DNA of 64,000 bases from Actinomycetota bacterium (GCA_030645615.1 JAUSNB010000015.1:35-64034), one strand, 5' to 3'. Shown: positions 15,337 to 25,087, counted from the stretch's first letter. Notes: generated by a model not told the origin, from the letters alone. Numbers and translations: made by a program.

Positions 15337-16125
15337 ATGAGCACACTGGGCGTCGTCGTCACGGGAGCAGGCAACGGAATCGGGCGCGCGTTGGCGCGGC
15401 GCATGGCCGCCGAGGGGGCGCGGGTCGTCGTCAACGACCTCGACCCGGTCGCCGCCGAGGCCGTCGCCGGCGAGATTGGCGGGTTCGCGATTCCGGGGGA
15501 TGCCGCCAGCGAGGACGGCGTGACCGCCCTCATCGAGGGGGCGCGGGGACACCTGGGCTCGATCGACGTGTACTTCGCCAACGCCGGCATCGACGTCGCG
15601 GGCGGGCTCGACGCCACGGCCGAGGACTGGCAGCGGTCGATGGACATCAATGTCATGGCGCACGTGCGAGCCGCGCGGCTGCTGGTGCCCACGTGGCTCG
15701 AGCAGGGCAGGGGCCGGTTCGTCGTCACCGCCTCCGCAGCGGGCCTGCTCACCATGCTGGGCAGCGCCCCGTACGCGGTGAGCAAGCATGCGGCGGTCGC
15801 GTTCGGCGAGTGGCTCTCCGCGACGTACGGGCACCGGGGCGTCACCGTGCAGCTCATCTGCCCGCAGGGCGTGCGCACGCGGATGCTCGACGAGGCCGGC
15901 GCGGTTGCGGAGATCCTCATCCGCGATGCCGCGCTGGAGCCGGAGGACGTGGCCGAGGCCGCGTGGCAGGCGATGCAGGACGACCGCTTCCTGATCCTCC
16001 CGCACCCCGAGGTGGCCGACTACTACGCCGTGCGCGCCACGGACACCGAGAAGTGGCTGCGCAGCATGCGCAAGCTGCAGGGCAAGCTGGACGCCCTCGA
16101 GGCGTCGCGCGCCGGCCGCGACTGA
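15337..16125 (+). CDS. SDR family oxidoreductase
   Basis: TGAGNGIGRA glycine motif near the N-terminus; catalytic YAVSKHA. Confidence 0.85.
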   Translation: MSTLGVVVTGAGNGIGRALARRMAAEGARVVVNDLDPVAAEAVAGEIGGFAIPGDAASEDGVTALIEGARGHLGSIDVYFANAGIDVAGGLDATAEDWQRSMDINVMAHVRAARLLVPTWLEQGRGRFVVTASAAGLLTMLGSAPYAVSKHAAVAFGEWLSATYGHRGVTVQLICPQGVRTRMLDEAGAVAEILIRDAALEPEDVAEAAWQAMQDDRFLILPHPEVADYYAVRATDTEKWLRSMRKLQGKLDALEASRAGRD

Positions 16126-16136
16126 CCCGCGCGCCA

Positions 16137-16185
16137 ACACCTGCCAGTGGCGTCAATCCGCGGCCCGGGGAGCGACGCCAGGTGC
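16137..16185. terminator. possible bidirectional stem-loop between convergent genes
   Basis: CACCTG(ccagt)GGCGTC ...19 nt... GACGCCAGGTG: 6+5 bp with a bulge and no U-tract. Confidence 0.25.
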
Positions 16186-16199
16186 TGGTGTCGGCGGGG

Positions 16200-17231
16200 C
16201 TAGCGGCGGACGACCCAGACCAGCGATCCCTTCACCTTGGTGCAGACCAGCTTCTTGCCCTTGTAGGTGGCCTTGGCGCCGGCCTTCGTGCACGGTGCCC
16301 CCGGCTTGGCCACCGTGGCGGCCTTCCCGAGCGTCAGCACCGCGCTGCTGATCCGGGCCTGCTGGTCATCGGAGCCCACGACGTAGGAGAACCAGACCCG
16401 CAGCTGGCCGTTGACCAGCTTCAGCACCGGGTCGAGGGCGCGGGCGCCCTTGGGCGCGTAGAGCGGCGCCGCCCGCTTCGTCCACGTCAGGCCATCCGGT
16501 GAGCTGAGGATCTCGAGCTGCTGCAGCGAGCCGCCGCTTCCCCGGTTCGAGGTGACCATGAGGTACGTGCCATCCGACATCGCGAGCGGCGCGGGGTCGA
16601 CGAGGTCCGGGGTGTCGGCGACGAGTCCGTCACGCTTGGTCCACGTCAGCCCGTCCGGCGACGTCGCCATGTGGATGCCGTGCTGCGACGTGATCGTGTT
16701 GTAGAAGAGCAGGTACGACCCGTCCGGCTTCGTGATCACGACAGGCACGCCGCACCCGACGTCGTCGAAAATCGGGCCGGGCTGCTGGGTCCAGTGCAGC
16801 AGGTCGCTCGACGTCGCGTAGTAGAGCTGCTTCTTCTGCTTCGAGCACTGCACGGTCGGCGGCGCGCTGAAGCTCACGCCCGAGTAGTACATGCGGTAGC
16901 TGCCCGGACCCATCCGCACGATCGAGTAGTCGAAGCCCGGCGGCAGTGCGACGTCGGTGGCCTTGGTCCAGGAGACGCCGTCCGTCGAGGTGTACGCCGA
17001 GGGCTGCAGCGACGTCGGGTAGAGGTAGTACGTGCCGGTCGCGTCGTCGTAGTAGACCTCAGGGGACACGCCCAGCGGCGATGCGGGCGTCGCCAGGGTG
17101 ATGTCGAGGGTCGCGCCGGAGATCGTTGAGGGCGTGGCCGACAGGATGGCGGCGCTGGCTGGCCCGACCAAGCCCACCATCAATGCCAGCGCGGCGATCC
17201 CGGCCATGCCTGTGCGCAGGCGAGTCTTCAT
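16200..17231 (-). CDS. secreted BNR/Asp-box repeat beta-propeller protein (glycosidase-like)
   Basis: Signal peptide MKTRLRTGMAGIAALALMVGLVGPASA. Asp-box motifs STDGVSWTK and SPDGLTWTK (twice). Lys-rich C-terminal mini-domain with two Cys. Confidence 0.65.
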   Translation of the reverse strand: MKTRLRTGMAGIAALALMVGLVGPASAAILSATPSTISGATLDITLATPASPLGVSPEVYYDDATGTYYLYPTSLQPSAYTSTDGVSWTKATDVALPPGFDYSIVRMGPGSYRMYYSGVSFSAPPTVQCSKQKKQLYYATSSDLLHWTQQPGPIFDDVGCGVPVVITKPDGSYLLFYNTITSQHGIHMATSPDGLTWTKRDGLVADTPDLVDPAPLAMSDGTYLMVTSNRGSGGSLQQLEILSSPDGLTWTKRAAPLYAPKGARALDPVLKLVNGQLRVWFSYVVGSDDQQARISSAVLTLGKAATVAKPGAPCTKAGAKATYKGKKLVCTKVKGSLVWVVRR

Positions 17232-17327
17232 GGCATCCCCCATCGTCGGCGTCACGGGTGCGGTCACGGTACCGCTGTCAGCCCAGCGAATCCTCGGGAG
17301 CGTGCATCCGGTCCGGGGCCGGTCCGG

Positions 17328-17693
17328 CTAGGACCACGACCAGGGGGCACCGAAGAGGATCGTCAGGTTCACGGCCAGCCCCACGACGGGGAGCAGCACG
17401 ATGAGTACCAGCGCGATCACCCGGCTCAACCGTCCCGCGGAGGTCGTGCGCTTGGCGACGAGTCCCCAGGCCATCGCCCCGAGCGGGCCGAGGTAGCTGA
17501 TCGCCGCCCAGACTCCCGTGGCCAGCATTGCCCGATCGGCACAGCCCTCGGATCCGGAGTCGCACGACATCACGTTGGCCATCAGCACCCCGATGCCGAC
17601 GACCGTCACCACGAACAGGACGACGACGCACACAACGATGAGGACGGTGTTGGGCAGGCCGCCCGGTCGGGCCTGCGAAGCCTCATCGCTCAT
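17328..17693 (-). CDS. small polytopic membrane protein
   Basis: Start MSDEASQ...; 3-4 TM segments; CDSGSEGC loop. No family recognised. Confidence 0.5.
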   Translation of the reverse strand: MSDEASQARPGGLPNTVLIVVCVVVLFVVTVVGIGVLMANVMSCDSGSEGCADRAMLATGVWAAISYLGPLGAMAWGLVAKRTTSAGRLSRVIALVLIVLLPVVGLAVNLTILFGAPWSWS

Positions 17694-17780
17694 GTCCGCT
17701 CCCTTCGCGCCGCGTGGGTGAAGCCACAGTAGGGCCACGGGCTATCGTGCCGGGGGAAACGACGAGGACGGGGACCGATC

Positions 17781-18356
17781 GTGGCGGTGGCACGCACGCG
17801 ACGACTCCCGTGGGGCGTCGCCCTCGGGATGCTGCTCGCGACTGCCTCGCTGCTCGCCGTGGCCGGGCCTGCGGCAGCGCACACGGAACTCATCTCAAGC
17901 GACCCTTCGGATGGCGCCGTGCTGGCAGCGGCCCCGACCGCAGTGTCGTTCACGTTCAGTGAGGCGCTGCTGCCCGACACGACCACGATCTCCGTGAACG
18001 ACGGTGACGGCAACGTCATCGCGAGCACCCCGGTCGAGCCGAACGGCGCGACGGTGTCGGCGCCCTGGCCCGCCGACGCATCCGCCGGGACGTTCCAGGT
18101 CGCCTACCGCGTGGTCGCGCAGGACGGGCACCCGCTGACCGGGGCGATCACCGTCACCATCGAGGCTGCGGCGTCCGCCCCAGGGTCCTCCGCGGCTTCG
18201 CCATCCCCCGCGGCATCGGCGACGCAGAGCCCGGTTGGCGAGCCCGCGGAGCCTGCCCGCGGCATGGCGGGAGCGCTCGTCGTCACCGTGCTGATCGCCG
18301 TGGTCGTGCTCGCCATCGTGGCCGCGGCCGTGATCTGGCGGCGGCGTTCATCCTGA
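17781..18356 (+). CDS. CopC domain copper-resistance protein, C-terminally membrane anchored
   Basis: Signal peptide ends ...AAAH, followed by HTELISSDPSDGAVL...AYRVVAQDGHPLTG (CopC/YobA signature). C-terminal TM LVVTVLIAVVVLAIVAAAVIW. Confidence 0.8.
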   Translation: MAVARTRRLPWGVALGMLLATASLLAVAGPAAAHTELISSDPSDGAVLAAAPTAVSFTFSEALLPDTTTISVNDGDGNVIASTPVEPNGATVSAPWPADASAGTFQVAYRVVAQDGHPLTGAITVTIEAAASAPGSSAASPSPAASATQSPVGEPAEPARGMAGALVVTVLIAVVVLAIVAAAVIWRRRSS

Positions 18357-18365
18357 CGGTTGCGG

Positions 18366-18890
18366 TCAGCCGGTCGTGGAGGGCGAGGCCGGCGCCGACG
18401 GGGTGGCGGGCGTGGACGGCACGGGCGGCGTGAGCCCCTGATCCGGCGGCGTCGGCACCGTGGGCTGCATGCCCGGGAACCCCGGCTGCTGGCCACGGTC
18501 GTGGCCGTGGCCCGGTCCCCCGCGTTGGCCTGGGCCTTGACCCGGGCCTTGGCCTTGGCCCTGCTGCCCGGGGAACCCCGGCGGGCCCTGGCCGTCGCCG
18601 AACTGCGGACCGCCCTGGGACCGCTCCCCGCCGAGGACGAGCCGCTCGCCGCGCGGCCCGTCGGAGGAATCGGCGGTGAGGTTGCCGATGACGAAGCCGC
18701 CGATGCCGGCGACCACGATCAGTCCGGCCGCGACCACGCCGCCCACGACCTCCAGGATCGTGCGGGTGTGCGAGGCCGCCGGCGCAGCGGGAGCGACCCG
18801 GGTCGCGACGACGGGCTGCTGGTCGGCGAGGGGTAGCGGCTCGGGCAACGCCGAACCTATGGGGGTGGTGTCGTCCGTGGGCTCGCTCAC
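18366..18890 (-). CDS. Gly/Pro/Gln-rich single-pass membrane protein
   Basis: TM ILEVVGGVVAAGLIVVAGIGGFVIG, then a low-complexity tail GQGQGPGQGPGQRGGPGHGHD...PGMQP. High GC3. Confidence 0.5.
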   Translation of the reverse strand: MSEPTDDTTPIGSALPEPLPLADQQPVVATRVAPAAPAASHTRTILEVVGGVVAAGLIVVAGIGGFVIGNLTADSSDGPRGERLVLGGERSQGGPQFGDGQGPPGFPGQQGQGQGPGQGPGQRGGPGHGHDRGQQPGFPGMQPTVPTPPDQGLTPPVPSTPATPSAPASPSTTG

Positions 18891-18910
18891 GCTGGCGCCT
18901 TTCGCTGGTG

Positions 18911-18967
18911 ACCGCCCAGGCGGGCGGTGACGGTCCCACTGTTGCGCGGTTTCGTGAAGGGACCGTC
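18911..18967 (-). terminator. two adjacent stem-loops downstream of the nuclease gene
   Basis: ACCGCCC-aggc-GGGCGGT (18911..18928) and GACGGTCCC-21 nt-GGGACCGTC (18929..18967). Located between the nuclease stop (18988) and the next gene's start (18890). Confidence 0.45.
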
Positions 18968-18987
18968 CTGCCCGTGTTAGGGCTGTG

Positions 18988-19575
18988 TCAGGAGGCCGGC
19001 TCGTCCGGGCAGGTCCCCCAACGGCCCAGGCCCGCCGCGACGGCCCGCTCCTCGGCCGCCCTCAGCTCGGCCTGCCAGGCCCCCGGCCGGGGACCGTACT
19101 GGAGTTCCTCGGCATATCCCCCCTCGACCGCCTCGAGGTTGAACAGCGACATTCCGCCGGCTCCTTCGATCCACACGTAGGCGAGCGTCCGGCCGTACCG
19201 GTCCTCGCGATCCTGCGCCGCGTCGAACTCCAGGGTCACCTGCTGGTCCGCCAGCCGGTCCTGCGCGAACTGCGAGGCCTCGGGGCCGAAGCAGGCGACC
19301 GGGCTGCCCGGCTTGACCGTCTCGGGGGTGTCGATGGCGATGAGCCGCACAGTGACGTCCGCGCCCGCCACGTCGACGTGAATGGTGTCGCCATCGACGA
19401 CCTTCGTGACCCGCAGGCCGGCCATCGTCTCGCCCCGGGGGACGAGCCCCGAAGGGGCCTCGCTGGTGCTCGTCGAGGGCGCGGGCAGCGCCGCCTGTGA
19501 CGAGGTGCCGCATGCCCCCAGGGCCACGGCGGCGCACAGTGCGGACCCCGCGAGGGCTACCCGGCGCCAGCTCAC
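18988..19575 (-). CDS. thermonuclease (SNase) family lipoprotein
   Basis: GTG start; lipobox AVALGAC. GDTIHV...VRLIAIDTPE...DRYGRTLAYV are staphylococcal-nuclease motifs. Confidence 0.8.
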   Translation of the reverse strand: MSWRRVALAGSALCAAVALGACGTSSQAALPAPSTSTSEAPSGLVPRGETMAGLRVTKVVDGDTIHVDVAGADVTVRLIAIDTPETVKPGSPVACFGPEASQFAQDRLADQQVTLEFDAAQDREDRYGRTLAYVWIEGAGGMSLFNLEAVEGGYAEELQYGPRPGAWQAELRAAEERAVAAGLGRWGTCPDEPAS

Positions 19576-19656
19576 GCGAGCAACGTAGCCGACCGGCCCG
19601 ACACCGGATCGCGGCCCGGGCCTGCCTCGATCGCGCCCGGGTGCTTGACTTGCCGC

Positions 19657-20511
19657 GTGGCGAAGAAGGGCAAGGCCGAGGACTCCGTCGAGCGCATCCC
19701 GAAAGGCCTGTACGAGAAGGAGTTGTACGCGCTGCAGGCCGAGCTGGTCAAGCTCCAGGAATGGGTCCGCAATGAGGGCAAGCGCATGGTCGTGGTCTTC
19801 GAGGGCCGCGATGCCGCGGGCAAGGGCTCGGCGATCAAGCGGGTCACCCAGTACCTCAACCCCCGCGTCGCCGGCATCGTCGCCCTCCCCACTCCCACCG
19901 ACCGGCAGAAGACGGAGTGGTACTTCCAGCGGTACGTGGCCGAGCTCCCGGCCGCCGGCGAGATCCGCCTCTTCGACCGGTCCTGGTACAACCGCGCGGG
20001 AGTCGAGCGGGTCATGGGCTTCTGCACACCCGATGAGTACCGGCGCTTCCTGCACCAGACGCCGATCTTCGAGCGGCTGCTGATCGAGGACGGCATCATC
20101 CTGCGCAAGTACTGGTTCAGCGTCAGCGACGAGGAGCAGGAGCAGCGCTTCCGGTCCCGCCTGCGCGACCCCATGCGCCAGTGGAAGCTCTCGCCGATGG
20201 ACATGGAGTCGATCACCCGGTGGGAGGACTACTCACGGGCGAAGGACGAGATGCTCGTCCACACCGACATCCCCGAATCGCCCTGGTACATCATCGAGGG
20301 CGACGACAAGAGGCGGGCGCGCCTGAACATGATCCACCACCTGCTGTCGAGCATCCCCTACTTCGGCGACGTGCGGCCGCCGCTCGACCTGCCCAAGCGC
20401 CCAGAGCCCACCGGCTACGAGCGCCCCCCACGCGAGCTCAGCCACTACGTGCCTGACTACGCCGCCGAGCTGCTTGCGCGGAGCGCCGACGGCGGAAGCA
20501 ACGGCGACTAG
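19657..20511 (+). CDS. ppk2: polyphosphate kinase 2
   Basis: VVVFEGRDAAGKGS (Walker A-like), YFQRY, and DRSWYNRAGVERVMGF lid. Start uncertain (TTG 19645 or GTG 19657). Confidence 0.85.
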   Translation: MAKKGKAEDSVERIPKGLYEKELYALQAELVKLQEWVRNEGKRMVVVFEGRDAAGKGSAIKRVTQYLNPRVAGIVALPTPTDRQKTEWYFQRYVAELPAAGEIRLFDRSWYNRAGVERVMGFCTPDEYRRFLHQTPIFERLLIEDGIILRKYWFSVSDEEQEQRFRSRLRDPMRQWKLSPMDMESITRWEDYSRAKDEMLVHTDIPESPWYIIEGDDKRRARLNMIHHLLSSIPYFGDVRPPLDLPKRPEPTGYERPPRELSHYVPDYAAELLARSADGGSNGD

Positions 20512-21041
20512 GCCCAGGCCTCGCCGGTCACGTCGGTGAGGTGATGAATCGGATCGTGCAGGACGTAGCGCGCGAAGCTCTCGACCGTGAACGGCTTGTC
20601 GTCGCTGCGACGGCCCGGGCGTGGCCACTGGCCCTCATCGAGCCCGGCGAGGTCAGCGGAGAATCCCGATGCGTTGGCAGCAAGCGCAGCCATGACCTCA
20701 TCGAGATCCTGTGCGGCGTAGTCCTCCTCGACCGCCGTGGCGTCCTGGTCCCAGTTGGCGAAGAGCGGGTCGTCCTGGTCGAGCATGAGCGCGGTCCGGT
20801 AGCGGGCCAGCGCGAAGACGTCGCGCACATGGCAGGCGTACTCCAGCGGTGACCAGGTCTCGGCATTGGGTCGCGAAGCGACGTCGCTGATGCCAGCCAC
20901 CGCCGACGACCATCGCTGGCCGACATCCGATGCCAGTGCCGCGAGATCGCCACGCCCGGGCTCGCGCGAGTCGAAGCCGCAGTCAGGGCAGCGCTCGCCG
21001 AGAACCCACGTCCAGTCCTTCGTATCCGGTGCGATGTTCAC
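20508..21041 (-). CDS. DinB family protein with N-terminal CPxCG zinc-ribbon
   Basis: VNIAPDTKDWTWVLGERCPDCGFD...EYACHVRDV...YVLHDPIHHLTDV is a DinB-like His triad. Start uncertain (could extend to 21098). Confidence 0.65.
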   Translation of the reverse strand: MNIAPDTKDWTWVLGERCPDCGFDSREPGRGDLAALASDVGQRWSSAVAGISDVASRPNAETWSPLEYACHVRDVFALARYRTALMLDQDDPLFANWDQDATAVEEDYAAQDLDEVMAALAANASGFSADLAGLDEGQWPRPGRRSDDKPFTVESFARYVLHDPIHHLTDVTGEAWA

Positions 21042-21090
21042 GCCGCAACGGTAGTAGCCGCGCCCTACGGTGAGGTGCGTGACCGGCAAC

Positions 21091-22773
21091 ATGGGCATCC
21101 ACCGCCTGCTGCACTACGACAGGCGCGACCTACGCGGTGACCTCCTCGCCGGCGTGACCGTCACGGCGTACCTCATCCCGCAGGTCATGGCCTACTCCAC
21201 GCTCGCCGGCCTCGCCCCCCAGACGGGCCTGTGGATCATCGTGGTGTCGATGGTCGTGTACGCGATCGTCGGAACGTCGCGCGTGCTGTCGGTCGGCCCG
21301 GAATCGACGACCGCACTTCTCACCGCCGCGGTGCTGGCACCCCTTGCGTGGGGCGATACCGCGCGATACGCGACCCTTGCCGCGATCCTCGCCCTGCTCG
21401 TCGGCGGCTACGCGCTCCTGGCGTGGGTGTTCCGACTCGGCTTCATCGGCGACCTGCTGTCCAAGCCCGTCCTCACCGGGTACATGGCGGGCGTGGCCAT
21501 CATCATGATCGCCAGCCAGCTCACGAAGGTCACGGGCGTGGAGACGGCCGGGGACAGCTTCCTCGCGATCGCGCGGTCGTTCGTCGGCAACATCGGCGAC
21601 GGTGTCTCGTGGATCACGCTGGCCATCGGGCTCGGTGTCGCGGTGCTCCTGCTGGTCTTCACCCCACGGTTCCCGAAGGCGCCGGTCCCGCTCATCGTCA
21701 TGCTGGGAGCCACGGTCGCCGTGGCGGTCTTCGGGCTGGCCGACAGGGGCGCACTCACGGTCGGCGACTTCGACGCGGGCCTGCCGACCGTGGGGTTCCC
21801 GTCGCTCACATCCGCGGACCTGAGCCTGCTGCTCCTGCCCGCGCTCGGCATCTTCGTCGTGGGATACGCCGACAACATCCTCACCGCGCGTGTCTTCGCG
21901 GCCCGCCACGGAGACCGGGTCCACAACAACGGTGAGTTCCTCGCCATGGGCGCCGCCAACCTCGGCTCGGCCGCCGTGTCCGGCTTCCCGGTGAGCTCGA
22001 GCGCCAGCCGGACGGTCATCGCCGACTCCACCGGTGCGCGTACACAGCTCTACTCGATCGTGTCCGCCGTGCTCGTCGTCGCGTCCGTGCTTGCCTTCAG
22101 CAGCCTCATCGCGATGTTCCCGCTTGCCGCCCTCGGCGGGCTCGTCGTCTATGCCGCCATCCGCCTGATCGACCTCAACGAGTTCCGCAGGCTGTTGCAC
22201 TTCCGCCGTCGCGAGTTCCTGCTGGCGGTGTTCGCCCTGGTCGCGGTGCTGGCGTTCGACATCCTGTACGGCGTCATCGCGGCCGTCGCACTGTCGGTCA
22301 TCGAGCTGCTCACCCGGGTGGCCCGCCCCCACGCAGCCGTCCTCGGCCAGCCCGACGGGGTGGCCGGCTGGCACGACATCGACGACTACCCGCAGGCCCG
22401 CCAGACGCCCGGGCTCGTGGTGTTCCGCTACGACTCCCCGCTGTTCTTCGCCAACGCGGAGAACTTCATCGAGGCGGCCCGAGCGGCCGCGGACACCGCC
22501 ACCACTCCGGCACGCTGGCTGCTCATCAACATGGAGGGCGTCACCGAGGTCGACATCACCGGACTCGACGCCCTGGAGGAGGTACGCGGCCACTGCGAAC
22601 GGCACGGCATCGTGCTGGCCCTCGTGCGAGTCAAGAGCGAGCTCCTCCAGGAGCTGCAACGGCACGGCGTGGCCGGTCGGATCGGGGGCGAACGCATCTA
22701 CCCCACGCTCCCCACGGCGGTCGCCGCATTCACGCAGTGGGCGCAGGCGAATCCGACAACGCCGTCGGACTAG
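21091..22773 (+). CDS. SulP family inorganic anion transporter with C-terminal STAS domain
   Basis: LRGDLLAGVTVTAYLIPQVMAYS; about 11 TM segments; STAS region VVFRYDSPLFFANAENF...INMEGVTEVDITGLDAL. Confidence 0.9.
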   Translation: MGIHRLLHYDRRDLRGDLLAGVTVTAYLIPQVMAYSTLAGLAPQTGLWIIVVSMVVYAIVGTSRVLSVGPESTTALLTAAVLAPLAWGDTARYATLAAILALLVGGYALLAWVFRLGFIGDLLSKPVLTGYMAGVAIIMIASQLTKVTGVETAGDSFLAIARSFVGNIGDGVSWITLAIGLGVAVLLLVFTPRFPKAPVPLIVMLGATVAVAVFGLADRGALTVGDFDAGLPTVGFPSLTSADLSLLLLPALGIFVVGYADNILTARVFAARHGDRVHNNGEFLAMGAANLGSAAVSGFPVSSSASRTVIADSTGARTQLYSIVSAVLVVASVLAFSSLIAMFPLAALGGLVVYAAIRLIDLNEFRRLLHFRRREFLLAVFALVAVLAFDILYGVIAAVALSVIELLTRVARPHAAVLGQPDGVAGWHDIDDYPQARQTPGLVVFRYDSPLFFANAENFIEAARAAADTATTPARWLLINMEGVTEVDITGLDALEEVRGHCERHGIVLALVRVKSELLQELQRHGVAGRIGGERIYPTLPTAVAAFTQWAQANPTTPSD

Positions 22774-23552
22774 TCAGCGGGCTTGGCCTCGGGTGGCTTG
22801 CCCTCGGCCGCCCTGCGCGCGGCCTTCTCCTCGCGCACCCGCTCCTCGATCGCCAGCGCCTCCTCCGGCGTGGGCGCGCTGCCGCCGCGGCGCGCCGGGA
22901 TCCACCAGGCGCCGGCCGGCTTGTCGGGGTAGCGGTCGATCGTCGCGTCGAGCAACTCCGCCAGCCTCGCATGCAGCTGCTCGGTGACGACGTCCGGATC
23001 CACGCCCCGCGGGACCGGCATCGGCTCGCCCACGGTGATGCAGATCGGCTTGCCGCGCGAGAAGTCCCTGACCCCGTAGGACAGCAGGCGCGCACCGCCG
23101 AAGATGACCATCGGGATGAGCGGCACGTCGGCCGCCCTCGCCATGCGCACCGCGCCGTTCTTGATCTCCTTGATCTCGAACGAACGGCTCATGGTCGCCT
23201 CGGGGAACACCCCGACGAGCTCGCCCGCCTTCAGTGCGGCGACGGCGTCGCGGAAGGCCGCCGACCCGGCGTCGCGATCGACGGGGATGTGCTTCATGCC
23301 GCGCATGAGCGGCCCGGCCACCGGGTGCTTGAAGATTCCGTCCTTGGCCATGAACCTGACGAGCCGGTGGTGGGAGTAGTGCGCGGGAAGGCCGCCGAGG
23401 GCGAAGTCGAGGTAGCTCGTGTGGTTGATGGCCAGGACTGCGCCGCCGCTGCGAGGGGTGTTCTCGATCCCGACCATGTCGAGCTTGAGGCCGAGCGCGG
23501 CGAAGAGGGTCCGCGCGGTGACGATGATCGGGCGGTAGACCAGTTCAGCCAC
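22770..23552 (-). CDS. lysophospholipid (1-acyl-sn-glycerol-3-phosphate) acyltransferase
   Basis: HX4D motif NHTSYLD; FPEATMS; IPMVIFG. Confidence 0.85.
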   Translation of the reverse strand: MAELVYRPIIVTARTLFAALGLKLDMVGIENTPRSGGAVLAINHTSYLDFALGGLPAHYSHHRLVRFMAKDGIFKHPVAGPLMRGMKHIPVDRDAGSAAFRDAVAALKAGELVGVFPEATMSRSFEIKEIKNGAVRMARAADVPLIPMVIFGGARLLSYGVRDFSRGKPICITVGEPMPVPRGVDPDVVTEQLHARLAELLDATIDRYPDKPAGAWWIPARRGGSAPTPEEALAIEERVREEKAARRAAEGKPPEAKPAD

Positions 23553-23778
23553 GCGGGTCTCCCGCAGGCGGCACGTCGAGGCGGCGGGCAGGGGACTGGC
23601 TCTGCAGCAGGGTATGCACCTCCGCGGCCCGGTACCGGCGGTGGCCGCCGAGGGTGCGGATGCTGGAGAGCTTGCCGGCCTTCGCCCAGCGGGTCACCGT
23701 CTTGGGGTCCACCCGGAACAGGGCGGCCACCTCGGCGGGGGTCAGCAGGTGCTCCGGCTCGGCGCTGTTCGTGGACAT
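23545..23778 (-). CDS. bldC: BldC-like MerR/excisionase-family DNA-binding protein
   Basis: MSTNSAEPEHLLTPAEVAALFRVDPKTVTRWAKAGKLSSIRTLGGHRRYRAAEV. Strong AAGGAGG RBS. Confidence 0.8.
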   Translation of the reverse strand: MSTNSAEPEHLLTPAEVAALFRVDPKTVTRWAKAGKLSSIRTLGGHRRYRAAEVHTLLQSQSPARRLDVPPAGDPRG

Positions 23779-23920
23779 GCCCGCCTCCTTCACGACGCGG
23801 TCCCGTCGGGGCCGATGAGCGTCCCATTCATCCGATTCGTCACTCTGGCACCGGAGCCCTCCCGGAGGCAACTCGACGCGGCGGATCGCCCTAGGGTGGG
23901 CGTGCGACAGAGGAGACGCC

Positions 23921-25006
23921 ATGACCGAGCCGGACACCGACCCCTGGCACGACTTCGACGGTCACGAGCAGGTGATCGTGGCCCAGCACGACGGGGTCCG
24001 GATGGTCGTCGCCCTGCACTCCACCGTCCTGGGCCCAGCCCTCGGCGGCACCCGGATGGCCACGTACTCCGATTCCGCGAGCCCCGCGGCCGCCGCGTAC
24101 GGCGATGCGCTGCGACTGTCGCGGGCGATGACCTACAAGAACGCCCTCGCCGGGCTGGACCACGGCGGCGGCAAGGGCGTCATCCTCGCCGACCCGGCGG
24201 CCAAGCCGCGCGACCTGCTGCACGCGTATGCGCGACTCGTCGAAGGCCTGGGCGGGCGATACGTCACGGCGGGCGACGTCGGGATGACGGTCGCGGACAT
24301 GGACTTCATCGGCGAGCAGTGCCGCTGGACGACCGGCCGCTCGCCCGAGCATGGCGGCGTGGGCGACTCGGGGATCCTCACCGCCTTCGGTGTCTTCGAG
24401 GGGATGCGCGCCAGCGCGGCCGCGGTGTGGGGCACGCCCGACCTCGCCGGCCGGCGCGTCGGCGTCGTCGGCGCGGGCAAGGTGGGCGGGCGGCTGATCG
24501 GGCACCTGGTACAGGCCGGTGCCGTCGTGGCGGCGGTCGACCCCTCGGCTACCGCACGGGCAGCCGTGCTCGAGGCGTCCCCCGGGGTCCGCTTCGTCGA
24601 GGGGATCGACGACCTGCTCGCCGAGGACCTCGACATCGTCTCGCCCAATGCCCTGGGCGGCTTCCTCACCCGCCCCCGGGCGGCAGCGCTCCGCGCGGCA
24701 CTCGTGTGCGGAGGTGCGAACAACCAGCTCGCCGAGCCTGCCGTCGGCGACCTGCTCGCGCAGCGCGGCGTCGTCTACGCCCCAGACTTCATGGTCAACT
24801 GCGGCGGCGTCATCCAGGTCGCCGAGGAACTGGTCGGGTGCGACCTCGACCGAGCCCGAGCGCAGACCGCCCGGGTGTTCGAGACGACTTCCAGGGTGCT
24901 CGCCCGGGCGGCCAGCGAGGGCGTGACGCCGGTCGCAGCGGCGGAGGCCGAGGCCGAGGAGCGGATTCGGGCGGCTCTGGCGGCGGCCGGGCGGCCGGTG
25001 CTCTAA
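23921..25006 (+). CDS. Leu/Phe/Val (Glu/Leu/Phe/Val family) amino-acid dehydrogenase
   Basis: GPALGGTRM, catalytic-Lys region GLDHGGGKGVI, and Rossmann GVVGAGKVGG. Confidence 0.85.
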   Translation: MTEPDTDPWHDFDGHEQVIVAQHDGVRMVVALHSTVLGPALGGTRMATYSDSASPAAAAYGDALRLSRAMTYKNALAGLDHGGGKGVILADPAAKPRDLLHAYARLVEGLGGRYVTAGDVGMTVADMDFIGEQCRWTTGRSPEHGGVGDSGILTAFGVFEGMRASAAAVWGTPDLAGRRVGVVGAGKVGGRLIGHLVQAGAVVAAVDPSATARAAVLEASPGVRFVEGIDDLLAEDLDIVSPNALGGFLTRPRAAALRAALVCGGANNQLAEPAVGDLLAQRGVVYAPDFMVNCGGVIQVAEELVGCDLDRARAQTARVFETTSRVLARAASEGVTPVAAAEAEAEERIRAALAAAGRPVL

Positions 25007-25087
25007 AGTGGACTCGTTCGCGCCGGGATGGCGACGAACGTTCCGTTGCGAGCCGGGGCGCTGACCTCGGATGGAGGGGGTCGAGCC

